Assembly (NCBI GenBank): GCA_000320545.1 | Contig: ADNK01000002.1 | Coordinates: 186,001-250,000, forward strand | DNA length: 64,000 nt | Direction: 5' to 3' | Source: Bigelowiella natans CCMP2755 | Taxonomy: Eukaryota > Protista > Cercozoa | Part shown: one piece after another, positions 25,762 through 39,016 of the stretch | Layout of the letters: every line of letters starts with the position of its first letter | Numbering within the stretch: position 1 is the stretch's first letter | Notes under the pieces: generated by a model | Databases searched by the model: none | What the model was told of the DNA's origin: nothing | Seen by the model: the letters and a program-made list of their open reading frames with translations, nothing else | Program-made: the position numbers and the translations under genes

Positions 25762-26493
25762 GTTTATCCTATTTTATAAGTGTACGGGTCATGGATTATA
25801 AGCATGATTCCAAACATCTAGATATAGTATATCAAACACGGATGAGATACACCGTCGATGAATAAGTATGTCTCGATGTCGGTATAGATAATATAAAATA
25901 TGCGAAAGGCTCATATGTACTGGGCGCACATATACAAGCATAAACTTGCGATGCAGTCAACGGCGACCTGGGCGCAGACTGTGATTAAGTGATTAATTGA
26001 AATAGCGAACATGTCAAGGTGTATAGCTAGCTGCAGCGTAGCCCACGCTAATTGTAACCGAAGAATAGAGGATTCACAGTTCTAGATCTAGTGCGAGAAG
26101 CCGTGGCACTGTCTAGACACCATTGTTTATCATGCAAACACAGCAAAGGCTTCCCAATCACAATGCCGCCCTTAGCATCAACTTCCATGGCGAAATGCCA
26201 ATTTGTGCTGCTAGAATAATGATGAGGGCAATCTGCGGGTCTAGCACGCACACCCTCGCCCCTACCGTGCATTAGTGCCAAATTGTATTTTATTTGCGGA
26301 TGTGAGCGAGAGCTTGGAATTTCGTTTGTGACTCTTCTAATGACTAAAAGCCCATCAAGTGTGCTATGCAGAGATGCGTACGCGAAAATCCATGGATGAA
26401 AATTCCAAGGGAAGTAGATGTGAGTTTGTAATAAGAATCAATATTCGGTGCGTGCAGCAAGGTATCGCTAGCTGTTTTAAGAAGCTTTACATT

Positions 26494-27363
26494 TCATGCC
26501 ATTGGCCCGACTACTCCTTCTCCAGCAGGATCTTCTTCTTGTGGTTCTATTGCTGCTATTATTGGGACAGGAGGAGCAGGGTCATCGTCGTCTAAAATTG
26601 GAACTCTTCGAATTTCTAGTGCTTGTCGGTGCTCTTGCAACAACGCGCATGGGTAGCAACAAAGATGTACAAGGACATCCTCAATTAAACTTCCATTAAT
26701 ATTTAGATATTTTCTTATCTTTAAACGCTGTCGTACGCGCTGGGGGACCGAAAATGGTATCGGTATTATCAACGGCCAAATACATGATAGCCAGAGCAAC
26801 GAGAGCGCGTCTGTCCCGACATGCGTGCAAGCTGCTTCCCACCAACTTTCTTCTCTCCCTTGATGAACCATTGCCACGTTGTCGGCAAAGAGAAGGGCTG
26901 GGCATACGCAACCATAACAACATGTCAGAGGGTCCTGGTAGAAATCTGCGAGACCGCTATTCCAGTTTCTTCTTTCTCGCGATGAAGATGGTGGTGATGA
27001 TGATGATGATGCAGCATTGACCATGTAGCCATTATCAATATCAAGATCCTCGATATCGCACCCACTGCCTTGGCCGCTAGGCCATTCTTTTAGCCGTGAT
27101 AATGAATCTTTGCTGAATTCATAATCATGTTCCTTAGAGGTAACTTGAGTATTAAGATATGGAGGACTACTGCTGCTGCTGCTGCTGCTGCCTGAATTTT
27201 GGTTGGAGCGATGGTGCTTCAAAGGAGAATTCGATAGGTTGAATCCTATTTTCTCCTCTTCCTCTTCATCATGTTCATCTTCCGCCAAAAGAGGCTGCTC
27301 CTGACGGAGACTCCTCTTGGAACGAATACCAAGAGAATTTATTGAAACGTTGTTGTTATTCAT
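26494..27363 (-). CDS. PLAC8 / cell-number-regulator family Cys-rich protein, apparently intronless
   Basis: WNSGLADFYQDPLTCCYGCVCPALLFADN...RLKIRKYLNINGSLIEDVLVHLCCYPCALLQEHRQ is a canonical PLAC8 pattern, preceded by a Ser-rich disordered N-terminus. Confidence 0.9.
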   Translation of the reverse strand: MNNNNVSINSLGIRSKRSLRQEQPLLAEDEHDEEEEEKIGFNLSNSPLKHHRSNQNSGSSSSSSSSPPYLNTQVTSKEHDYEFSKDSLSRLKEWPSGQGSGCDIEDLDIDNGYMVNAASSSSSPPSSSRERRNWNSGLADFYQDPLTCCYGCVCPALLFADNVAMVHQGREESWWEAACTHVGTDALSLLWLSCIWPLIIPIPFSVPQRVRQRLKIRKYLNINGSLIEDVLVHLCCYPCALLQEHRQALEIRRVPILDDDDPAPPVPIIAAIEPQEEDPAGEGVVGPMA

Positions 27364-27900
27364 TGAGTAGGGCTCCTAACGTTGGCACTCATGCAGGAGC
27401 AGCTCGTCTTCTCCGTGATCAATAGGAAGCTGTATGAAGAGCTTGTGATGATAGTCTACAGATAAAGCGTAGGCGCTCCTACCTTGACTGTGCACAGCAC
27501 CTAATGACATAAAGACGATTGTATCAGCGCATGGAAGAAAGCTAGGTTCGTATACCCCTCGGTTCTATATAACTATTGGGATCTCATGAAGTAATATGCA
27601 CAAAGTTGTTAATGAACAGAACAGACCCCTCTGTCAATAGCAGTTCGAATCTTGACAAGACAGGAAGAGGGGGCTTGATGATGGAGGAAGTGCAGCAAAG
27701 CGCCTGAAGTGTTCTCCTTATCAGACCTACGACAAGCTTATTTACGTTGTCTCACAGTGTGAATCCCATACATTCTTCTATCATCTAGAAGGAATGTGAA
27801 GCATCATCACTGCGCCTCCTGGAACCGCTTCGTTCATTCATCCATCCCTCCTGTGGAACTGCTTCATTTATTCATTCATGCATGCGAGCAATGCTACATC

Positions 27901-28760
27901 GCGTGTGACCTGGTGACACTTTCATGCAAACGTGCACAGAAGAGCTGTGGAAGAAGAATGAGAAATTTGCGAACATCTCTGCAGGCAACCCACGTGACAG
28001 AGGGCGCTGGCTAGCTGGTCACCTGACCCTCACCATGGACTCCTTTGACCCAAAGACTGAAAGAACCAAGTGCGCGAAGGAGCATCGGTTTCCCCAGCAC
28101 TTCACTGGTTCACGCAAGGGTGCCAGGTGCTGCCTCCATTTGCTGCTCGCAGGGTCACCCACTGTGGTCTGACAGTGCACAGTCGATGCGTGGTTTTGCG
28201 TCTTGGAAGTTGCAACGTTGTGTTGCTGTTTTTGCTGGCAGTCACTCAGGTCGAGACGTGCTAGCGTGCCAGCGTGCACACGTGCACAACGAGCACGAGC
28301 AAGTCACGCAGTGGGAGTGTGATTGCTGAAATCTGAGCTCATGAGTCAAAAGAAGTCAAGTTGACAGTGCGATTGAAGTCTAGACTAGTTCCTACTTCCC
28401 CCCCTGCACGTGGACTGCCTCTCGAGCTCTCGCACAAGCATTTGGCCTGCCAGCCTAGCAGCTGCCGCCACCACTCTAGCACTGCATCATCTCAGTGCTT
28501 TGCCCAGTCGCACAAACAAGGTCGCACGCTCCTTTCAGGTCATGAGCCTCATCAATTGCGATGCGGGATCGATGCATGAGCAAATGAACGAATGGCGCAC
28601 GTGCTTGTTCAAGGGACAATTCTAGAATTGACCGACTGCAGGTTGCATCGCAGTTCGCTGCACCTTGAGACATCTCTAGATCTAGACATCTAGACATGTG
28701 CTAGCTTGGCTAGATAGCCTGGATGTCTGTTGCATTTGAGCAGCACTGCAGCTTGCTGGT
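27901..28760. other. TpA-depleted, CTAG-sparing intergenic tract B (probable hypermutated repeat/TE remnant)
   Basis: Hand count: 14 TA in 860 bp, 12 of them in CTAG, against about 40 CpG. The seven overlapping ORFs in 27924-28697 contain no Tyr. Confidence 0.85.
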
Positions 28761-29054
28761 CGCAGATTACCGCAACAGTGTTTACACATCCTCAAATTAC
28801 ATGCAACTTCTCACATGCAGATTTGAGGCACACAGACAGGTCTAGAGATACATGTGCGCAGCAACGCAACTGTTGTCGATGCACACAAGCCACATGGCTC
28901 TGAGCTGTGCTACTGACATACTGAATAATCGTTCTCGAATGAAATGATGTGTAGAATGTTATTTACAGAGAATGCCATGTCCAGGATATTGTTCGCACCC
29001 GAATAAAGATTCTATGCTGATGCAAATTCTAGATCCGATGATGGCTATCGTCAT

Positions 29055-31841
29055 CTACATGATATCCGAACGCGTATCGCCAACGACGACATCATCATAA
29101 TCATCATTATCATTATCTATGTGACTGACTCGTCGGAGCATTCTTATTTCCTTTCTACTCGACGAGTGGGGATTTGGACCTAGAAACCTAGATAGTTTCC
29201 TTCGTACAGCCTGTAGAATTGGACTGTTCTTGTGATTATCGATCAGTGAGAGTAAGATCGCAATAGACAACACCCCGTAAAACATTGCCGTGATAATAAT
29301 GATGAAGTTTGCAATACTGTTGCTGACCGAGCTTGAGGACACTTGCTCCAAAAACAATCCTAAAAACAGAAAAGAACTAGCTTCAAAACTTAAAATTGCA
29401 AAGCACCCATTTATTATTTGCTAACTCAAGCTCGATTCTCACTCATTTCTTAGAGTATATCATTCGTTTTCGTGTATGTGTTTGTGTGTGTTTGAGCATG
29501 TATAACCCTACTAGATTAGCAACAGGCACAACCACTACTACCACGACTATTACTACTACTACTGCTACTACAACTACTACAACTTACCAGCGACAACGAT
29601 AGAGAATGAGATAAGGAGGGAAGTAAACTCCGCCGAGTTCGCTACGAAGTCTTGAAAAGGATTACACCGCAGCTGCAGCATCATGCACACTGTAATCAGT
29701 AGTACAGAAAGGAGAAACTTGAACTTTTGGTTCACAAATACAGAGATGACGACTACAGCGATCTTCCGTGCAAACACGATGATCTCGAAGTAGTAAAACT
29801 CCGGCTTGTAACCATTGTACAGTAAGTAAAGCGGCATTGCCCTTCGCTGACGTTGAAACTTTTCTTTTTGGGTCAAATCTAGTCGATGACGCATGAAAAC
29901 AGGGAGATTCATCTTATGCTTCAGAAGCATCGTCAGGCAGAAAATCGGAAACCCAAGTACGTAAACAATAAGCATTGGTATACCAAGTACCATCATGTAG
30001 CTCAACTGAGTTCCCTCGTAACACCTTTGACTCATGTCAGACACCAACACGACACTACTTTCATCCGAAGATGAAATTTGTTCGCAGTTGAATAGCTCGA
30101 AAGACCGAATCACCAATGCAGGATATACAGCAAACATGCAAGTCAAAGCGATCGTGAAGAAGCGAGATCTCCAAAGAACGTGAGGAGGTAATGATGAAGA
30201 TGATGATAACGATGAAGTAGTGTCAGCAGTAGAGCCATCGTCGTTAAAGACAAGATGGTGCTTGCTATCTGAATGCTGCTGCTGCTGCTTTGGGTGATGG
30301 TTGATGGATTTTGATGATGACGATGAAGGTAACTCAAGGGCCCTTGAATAGCGAACCTTACTGCTATGAATATCTTGGTTGCTTTCACCATCTCCATTAC
30401 GTACAACCTCTTCGTTGTCGTAGTTATAGTAGCTTTCGATGCCGTCCTCATATTCATCATTCTGGCACAGACCGCAGCACTTGGACACCATTCTTTTGAC
30501 CCAACTACAGAACTGCGAAAAGGTAGTAAAGCGACAATTCTTCGACTTGTTGCTGCTGTCCCTAAACTGCAGTATCGTCGCTAGCAATGAAGCAAAGAAG
30601 GGAACGAAAACTGGCACACATGCCAATACAAAACTCATGCAGTAAATCGGCCGAATACTTATATTGGCGCTTTGTAATGCACAATCGAAGTTAGGAATGG
30701 ATAAAGGGACGCCGACAACAGATTGACCGCTCATGAATGTACGAAGAGAGGAAGAGCTTTCCACAATTACTTGAAATCCTCCAATAATACTGTTAAATTG
30801 AAGTGCATTGAAGCCTATTTTCACCAGTTTGGAGGGCCTAGTTGGTTGATGGATGATGATGATGATGATAGGGGGGTTAATACCATAAACAACGATGATA
30901 TTACTACTCTATCTATCAATGATTATTGTTATCATTATCATCATTTGTTTATTTCCATTGCATTGGTTGCTGCTATTTAATTGCTACACATGTAGATAAA
31001 TCTTAGAGTGCCATATTGCAGATACCTTCCGCTGTTCCTGTTTTTACGCTGCCGTTGCTTCCCCATTTTCAATGGAGAACTTACACCTAGATTCACCTCA
31101 GCCGCTGCATATTTTTTGTCATCATCATTGCCCTCTCCCTTAGCATCATCATCGTGATTGTCATCTATTATTTCATGTTCTCTTTGCTGTTCCCCGGTAG
31201 TAGCAGCAGCCTCAGCAATGGCCTCTTCCGAATCCTTGATGTTAACATGTGCTAGAAACGAGATGGCGAGGAATATCCCAATCCAGGCCGCAATCAACTG
31301 AGTAGTAAATATGATGAAGAAGAAGAAGAAAAGCAAGCCCATGATCATGATGTTGATGGCTACGAACAATAGTAGAATAGGGAGGACGCTGCTGCTGCTG
31401 CTGGTCTCAAACAAGCAACCACCTGCACTATAATGATTGAGTTGGCACCACATTTCTCACAACCATACGTTCCAAAACGTCCGTTCCCAGTAGAGCACTC
31501 AGTACAGAGAACCTGGATAATGAAGAAGACAAATGGAAATAATAAGATTGTTGATATTAACACAGAAGCAATTCATATAATAATAATAATAATAATAATA
31601 GTACTAATAATAATAATAATAAATAATAATAACAACGTCATATTCTCGTCGGATGATGGTAGCAATATATCCTGAGTACCAGCTAAAATGTCTAAAACTA
31701 TTTATAATTTTGCCTAAAGCACAACATAATACTACATACAAAGCACATAATAATACCCCTGAATAGCCTGCTGCACACTCGTCGCGCGATCCTATACAGG
31801 CATTGTTCCTACAAAGAACCAGTGATAAATATAATTCTTGT

Positions 31842-31876
<35 letters not shown>

Positions 31877-32105
31877 ACCACGATGATATGATGATGCAGT
31901 ATAGATGTTCCTCGCTCTCCTATGCACTATTTTTATTACAATCGCTATTATCAGTAGTTCTTGCTGTTACCGAAACAGTAGTAGTAGTAGTAGTAGTAGT
32001 AGTAGTTGGTAAGATAAACACACACAACACAATACCTGCAACGATCAAATCTCAACTCGCTACTCGACCACTTGTCCAGCCAATATCCCTGAATCAACGG
32101 GTAGT

Positions 32106-32155
<50 letters not shown>

Positions 32156-33044
32156 TGATAAAGTGAAAATGAATCTCAAAGAAATATTTTCCTACTAGTA
32201 CAATAAGTAGTACTACTATTATCACTATTACTATTACTATTACTATCACTACTGCTGTATTCAGGAGCTCGAAATCGCAGAAGGAACATCACAATCAGGA
32301 GCAGGACGACTAAGTGTACTCCGTTGTTGATAATCTTCTACTACTACTTGCATCACCAACAGCACGCAACCTACCTACCTTCAAAGGTTGAACTTGATAG
32401 TCAAGAAGGCCTTCTTGATCACAGTCTCCACCACTTGGGCATGCCGTGCAAGCTACGAGCTCTCCATACTCGTTGTAACCTCCCTTTTCTTCCTCACTGT
32501 ACGAGAAGAAGTCTTTGGTGCAAATACATTTTGTTCCGTTGACCAGGATGGAATTCATAGGACAAAAGTAGCACGATGTTTGGTTGTGGTTGGGTACTTG
32601 GAGTTTGCCACACTTTTGGCAGTGATCTTCGATAAAAACTTCCTGCCCCTTGCAGGGTGTCGTGCTGATATGCGTCGGTGCTGTCTCGAGATAATATGTG
32701 TACTTTGCAGAACGCTCAGTGGAGGGAAGAGACGAAGGAGTAGCGGATGCAGTTCGAACGATAGTTGTCCACGTGATTGCTGAAGTAGTTTTTACCAATA
32801 GCTTGGAATTTATCGGCCCAAACACACTAATCACATATTATTGTTGTTATCAGAACAACATTATATCGACTACATCTTGATAGGATGATTCTCCCTTGCT
32901 CAATTGGCTGGTACGATGGGAGATCGGTTGGAAAACATCACGTGTCTTTCTATGATAACGACAATAGGACGTACAGCAAATGTTGCAGTGTGCTGTTTCA
33001 ACTCGTACTATTCTATGTTTATACCATAATCTCATCATCATTCG

Positions 33045-33075
<31 letters not shown>

Positions 33076-35993
33076 ATTAGCTTCCACATACTTAAACAAG
33101 TTGCCAGTTGTGCAGTCCTCCCCAAAGCACGCATGACCTCCATCAAACACCTGTGAGACTCGTTGATCTCTCACTCCTCCATACATGAAATAGGCACTTG
33201 AGTTGAGCATGGTAAGCTCTGCGGTAACTTGGAAGGAAGAATCTAAACACTTAAGATTTCCATAGTAATCAAAGATCTCAAGGCGAAGAGGGCCTTTCAG
33301 ATATTCCCCCGGCACTTGCTTGACTCCAGCTGTTGGGTCAAATCCTGACCATCTTATAGAGAAAGGACCGCTCGCAATATCAGAGCCTTCTTGTGCAGAA
33401 TTTTGGATAAATTCAACATTTTCTGTAAGACTTGGCTTTGACTGTAGTGTGTCCCAAAAGATAGCACCCCCAGAGCCACCGTTTGCCGTATTATTGCGAA
33501 ATATCGTAGTAGAAATGGTGATGGTACTGCTACTACCAGTCGTATTAGTAGCAGTAGTACTGCCACTCGTTCCTTCCCCTCGATTCGTTGTTGTTTTCTT
33601 CGTCGAATTCACACACAGAAGGCCCCCCCCACGCAAAGGACCGGCTCTATTGCCATAGAAAGTTGAGTTTCTTATGGTTACCAACCCGTTTTCAACTAAT
33701 GTCACGCCACCACCACCATAGTTGATGTGGCTTCGTGCTTGTGTTTGCGTAATAATCGACGGGGAAGAAGAAAAAGAAGAAGATGATGATGATAGTGCTT
33801 CTGCTGATGACGATACTGATGATAATGGACTCCATATGTCTAGAATCGAATTGTTCCTGATGGAATGAGAAAGTAACAGCATGAAAATAGAGTAACCGCA
33901 TTGTAATCAATCATCATCATTGATTATCACTAGTTAAATTCGTCGTTGTGTGTGTGTCTTCTTTTTGCTATCATGTATCATCGAAACAACTATTACTCAA
34001 ATCGACATCGATGAAGGTCCATAGTCCCTAGATACGAGAAGACAGCTCCTCCTGAAAGCGTGCCGTAATTGTGCTCAAACGTACAATTTTCGAATCTGGT
34101 ACTTGGTCTCTGCCTACAAGACCCTGAGACGCTAATTGCCCCCCCATAGATCGCAAAGTTTCTACGGAAAATTGACGAAGAAAGTTCTAAATTGCCCAAG
34201 TTATTAATAGACACCGCTGCACCTCTATCGAACGCCCTATTATCTTGGAAGATACAATTAGTAATCTTCACATTCTTTGACAAAGATGATGGTGAGTCTT
34301 GCGGCTCAACATCGGCATATACACCAGCGCCTTCGATAGCTACATTGCTAATAAAATGACTGTTGCTGATATCTAGGAAACCCTCTGCTGTAGTCGTCGC
34401 TGTATATACTGCAGCACCAAAAGAACCTCCTCGGATGTGTTCAAAGTGCACATTTCTTATTTCAGCAACAGCCCCCTCGTAAAGGGAGACAAAAGCTTTT
34501 GCATCCGAGAATTCACCGGAAATCTTAGAATGTGAAAAACTGGAGTCTCTTGCTAAAAGGTGCGATTCTCCGTATAGTGCAAATCCAGCAATCGTTCCTC
34601 CAGTCGCGTTTTGAAGGCGCACACGCGTAAGCTCACAGAATGAATTATCAGTTAAATATACACCAGCAACATTAGCGGAGGAGACATGATTGATCCTTGT
34701 GTCAGTTATTCGCAACGTCCCACTCCTAATATATCAACAGTATTCCGCAATGGTTGCTCATTTAGGAAACTTCCATTCTATTTTTGTTCAATTCGTGGCG
34801 TGTGTATTCTGCCTACGCAACAATACACTTTATACACGCACCAAACACTACAACTACCACTACTGATAAACAAATTAATAACAAACATCACCACCATAAC
34901 ATAGTTGCAGCACATGTAGTAACAGTAGTAGTAGTAGTAGTAGTAATAGTAGTAGTAGTAAAATTTGCACGAGCAGCAAGCAGCAGCAACCCGGAGACGT
35001 AGCCAACAGCTCCGGTAGTCTCTGCTGAAACCGATGCAATAAAGCTGCCTGTGATATTCACAGTAGCGGAGTCTTCCACAAAAGCTACACCACCATTCGA
35101 ATCGATCACCAAACCAGAGATTGTTGTGTTCACAATTTCAGCTTTGGAGTCGCCAAGTGCATGAACCACCCCAGCATCTGAGAGGGAATTAATGCTTTCC
35201 AACGTGCAACCTACCATCTTCAACCGCGATCTCCTCCACATCCATACAAGGCCTGATTATGAATGTGATATTGTGATTGTGATGATGAGAACGATCGAAC
35301 GTGGGAAACAAAGGGAACAAGCGGGTATTCATTCACAGGAGGATCACTCCGTGTTATTAGTAATAAATAGGTATTAGTAGTAGATGTTCTGATTGTTTTA
35401 ATAAGCATGAAAGAGACTTGAACAACAATCATCACCAGCTGTTGAGGAAGTGATGTAGCTTAAAGTGGAGTCTCTGATGGTTAGGAAAGAATTATCTCCA
35501 AACAATTCCACAGCAGCTCTTCCACTGACATGAACGGCAGTGATCGTAGAGTTGTTAATATCCATAGTAGCTTCGTGAGAGATATACGCAAGTCCTGAAC
35601 TACTGTCGGCTGCTATGTTTTCAATTGAGCAGTTGTCAATATATGTACGCGTCGAAGGGTACATGTAGAAGAGGCCGGAAGATCCGATGCTTGTGGCATT
35701 AAAAGTAGAATTTATCACTGAAAGGGTACTCCCCGTTTGAAGGAGGAACAACCCATCAAATGTCACTCGATTTCGGTGAAATATCGACGAATGAATCGAA
35801 ACTGTAGTGCTCTTGAGGCCCTTTAACACTCCTCCAGAGTTGCCAGAAACGTTGTAGAATGATGAGCCATGAACTGATAACAGAGAATTGATGAAAATAG
35901 ACCCGCCTTCAGTGGCAGAACTACTGTGAAAGGAGCACGAGGAGATCTGGCATCGATCGCAATATATGTCCCTGATGTGATGAATTCAAGATT

Positions 35994-36029
<36 letters not shown>

Positions 36030-36106
36030 GTAGTGCTAGTGCTGCTGATGATGACTGGTAGTGTTGATGACTCTGATGGGCCTCTTTTAACATAATTTAA
36101 TAAGAA

Positions 36107-36171
<65 letters not shown>

Positions 36172-36518
36172 GACAAGTGCGACGATGTAGTTGTTCGTCT
36201 CCTTCTTCTTCTTCATCATCTTCTCCGTACCCTCCATCATCACTAGCCTTGTTGGATTCAAATTGACACCCAAGGAAAACAAACCCTTTACTTCCTGTTT
36301 CATAACTCTGTACTTTTACTGCGCCTCCAAGCTGATGATGATGAGTAGTAGTAAGTGTTGTGTTTTATTCTGGCTTAGTAGCATAGGACGGTCATGATGA
36401 TGATGATGATGATAATGATGTACCGTCGCAGAGTTTGATATGAACTTATTGTCTTCAAATGCGACGTTGGTAGGATGCAAAACAGGAAGGTATATTGCCC
36501 TGATGATGACGATTATTG

Positions 36519-36554
<36 letters not shown>

Positions 36555-38984
36555 GTGACGGTAGATGCACACACACACACACACACAGACAATGCATAAC
36601 AATGACGATAAGAGACATCAAAATGGTAAAGATGCTGTTCCTTCCTTCTATTACAACAACAACTACTACTACTTCTGTAGTAAAAACTACAGATACAGAA
36701 AGGAATCGTTGAAATCTAGTAAGGATGGCATGAATCTTACTTGAAAGACTATGATTCGTTGGTTAGTTGTGATAGTACTCACCCCCCCATGCCACCTGCC
36801 TGATTCCTTTCAAATGTACAGCGCTTGACAGCTACATTTGCTTTGACATCAGTAGCTATAGCACCGCCGTGTTGGGTTGCAACTAAGTCACTGAATACGG
36901 AGTCTAAGATATGCAATTGCCCCCCCTGATTCAAATATATTCCTCCCCCCATTATTGATGTAGCATGGCTGATATTGAGACGGCGAAGTGTCGGTGTTCT
37001 AAGGGTTAATCTTGGAAGATTATTTATCATGATGGATCCTCCGGTTTCGATGTTGTAGGATGTGGAATGGCTCCGATATGACACCATACCGTTTATCGAG
37101 AGATGTCTGTTGTTAGTGTAGAAATGATAATAATAACAACAATGAGCTTCTTGTTCTTGACTTCCTCATTATAATCATTATCACGATGAATGTTGCTGAT
37201 GTAGGTGGCGGAAGTGGTGACTATACTATTTTATGCTTTGTGAAGTCATATTACATCATCAAACATTTGTAACATATAACTAGTGGTTATTACTGCAGAC
37301 ATATCCATGTTTCGCAGTTGTCTTGATCGTTTTATCGTAATGATGATTATTACCCATTCCGATGGTAGATATCACCACCCATATTCATTGCCTCTGCATC
37401 ATAAAACTCAAGATCTTCCGCATATAGACCAAAAGACGACTCCGTAGCAGCAATATGTATGGCTCCTCCTTTTATCGAGTAGGTATTCCTGAATACACTA
37501 CGCCGAATGTCCAACCCCCAATCTGTGTAAATCGCTCCACCTCCACACAGCTCCATGTAGTCCTTTACAGCTGGGTCAAATGCCCTACTACCTTCAAAGA
37601 CGGCGTCTTGGATGTCACCCATCCAATCAAGATGAATGGACCCTCCCGTAAAGCTGGCTATTCCCATACGGCTCGAGATTCGTTGTGCACTGCAGTAAAG
37701 CCCTGCCCATATGTCACCTCCACTAAATTTTGCATAGCTGTTATAGAATTGTACTTTTGAAAGAGTGGCATTCAATTTCGCAAAAATCGCTCCTCCGCTT
37801 TTTCCCGTGGCACATGAGGAGAATTTCGATTCAAGAACGACAAGATACCTACCTCCCCACAATGCCCCCCCATCAGAGGAGGCCGTGGAATTCGATACTG
37901 TCAGCCCAATGGCCTCTATTGACTCTGTTGCGTAACAGGCACCGCCACTTGATGCTATTGCAGTACTATTTGATATTTGCACGTTTGATATCCGCACTGG
38001 AGCAGCACCAGAGGAGCAGATTGTCCCTCCGGATGCACCAGCAACAGAAGACGTAAAATTAGAGCCGAAAACATCTAAGCTGCCACTAAGTGTGTGCAGA
38101 ATCGCGCCCCTGTAGTGCAGCAGTAGTAATGTACATGTATAAGTTCGCTTAATAATAATGATAGTGCTTGATTCGATTTTAAATCACTTCTCAAGGTCTT
38201 AGAGGGGAGGAGGGAGAGAAAGAGGGAGAGAGAGATTAAGTATAGACGGCGGCTATATGTATTGTTACCCGGAAGAAACGCTCTTTGCGTGATAGAATGA
38301 TGAATCTTTCACCTCAATTCGGCTATAACACGTAGCGACCATATCACACCGTCTCCATGGCCTTGGTTGATGCTGTATCGAGGAATCAACGGGGTATTCA
38401 CCCGCAAAGATAGAGCCACCACCACCACCACCAGCAGCAGCAGCACCGTTACTACTTCCAGCACTTGAGTGCCAGGAGTTAACTCCAATAAAGCTAATGT
38501 TTATAGCGAATACATCCCTGGAGAGAGAGAGAGAGAGAGAGAGATTGGCGGGGAGGGATGGTACAGACAAGAAAAGCGGGGAGGGAGAAATCAATTAAAG
38601 GAACATTTTTGCACATTTTCCCGAAAGAAACCGTATGGTATTAGGTATCTAGTATAGTTTATTATTTAATATCCTCATCATCATCATGATCATCATTATT
38701 CTCATTATCATTCTCGTCTTCATTTTTGAACCATCTGTGTGCATATTGTGCCAATAAGCTATAATGTAGCGGTACCCTCCGCAAAGGTTCCCTGTGTTCT
38801 CCTTAAACACGGTGTTGCTTACGAAGGCAATCCTAGAAAGAATGTACAAACAATAACACGACGAATCAACGAATGAATGGACGACATGTGGTGTTGTGTA
38901 TCTGATAAGGATTGATGATGAGCCATATCTTCACTGTCTTATAACTATATAGTGTAGTCGGTCCCCCTTCTTAAACACCACCAC

Positions 38985-39016
<32 letters not shown>

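Noticed and set aside
27796-28697. Dense overlapping 60-95 aa ORFs here, and at 14744-15391 and 59111-60322, as real genes
   Set aside because: Loss of TpA removes TAA and most TAG stops, which inflates ORFs in all frames. I saw no recognisable domains or splice structure.
27901-28760. CpG-methylation decay or fungal-type RIP as the cause of the CA/TG-rich tracts
   Set aside because: CpG is still common (~40 by hand count) and TpA, the product of RIP, is the dinucleotide that is missing.
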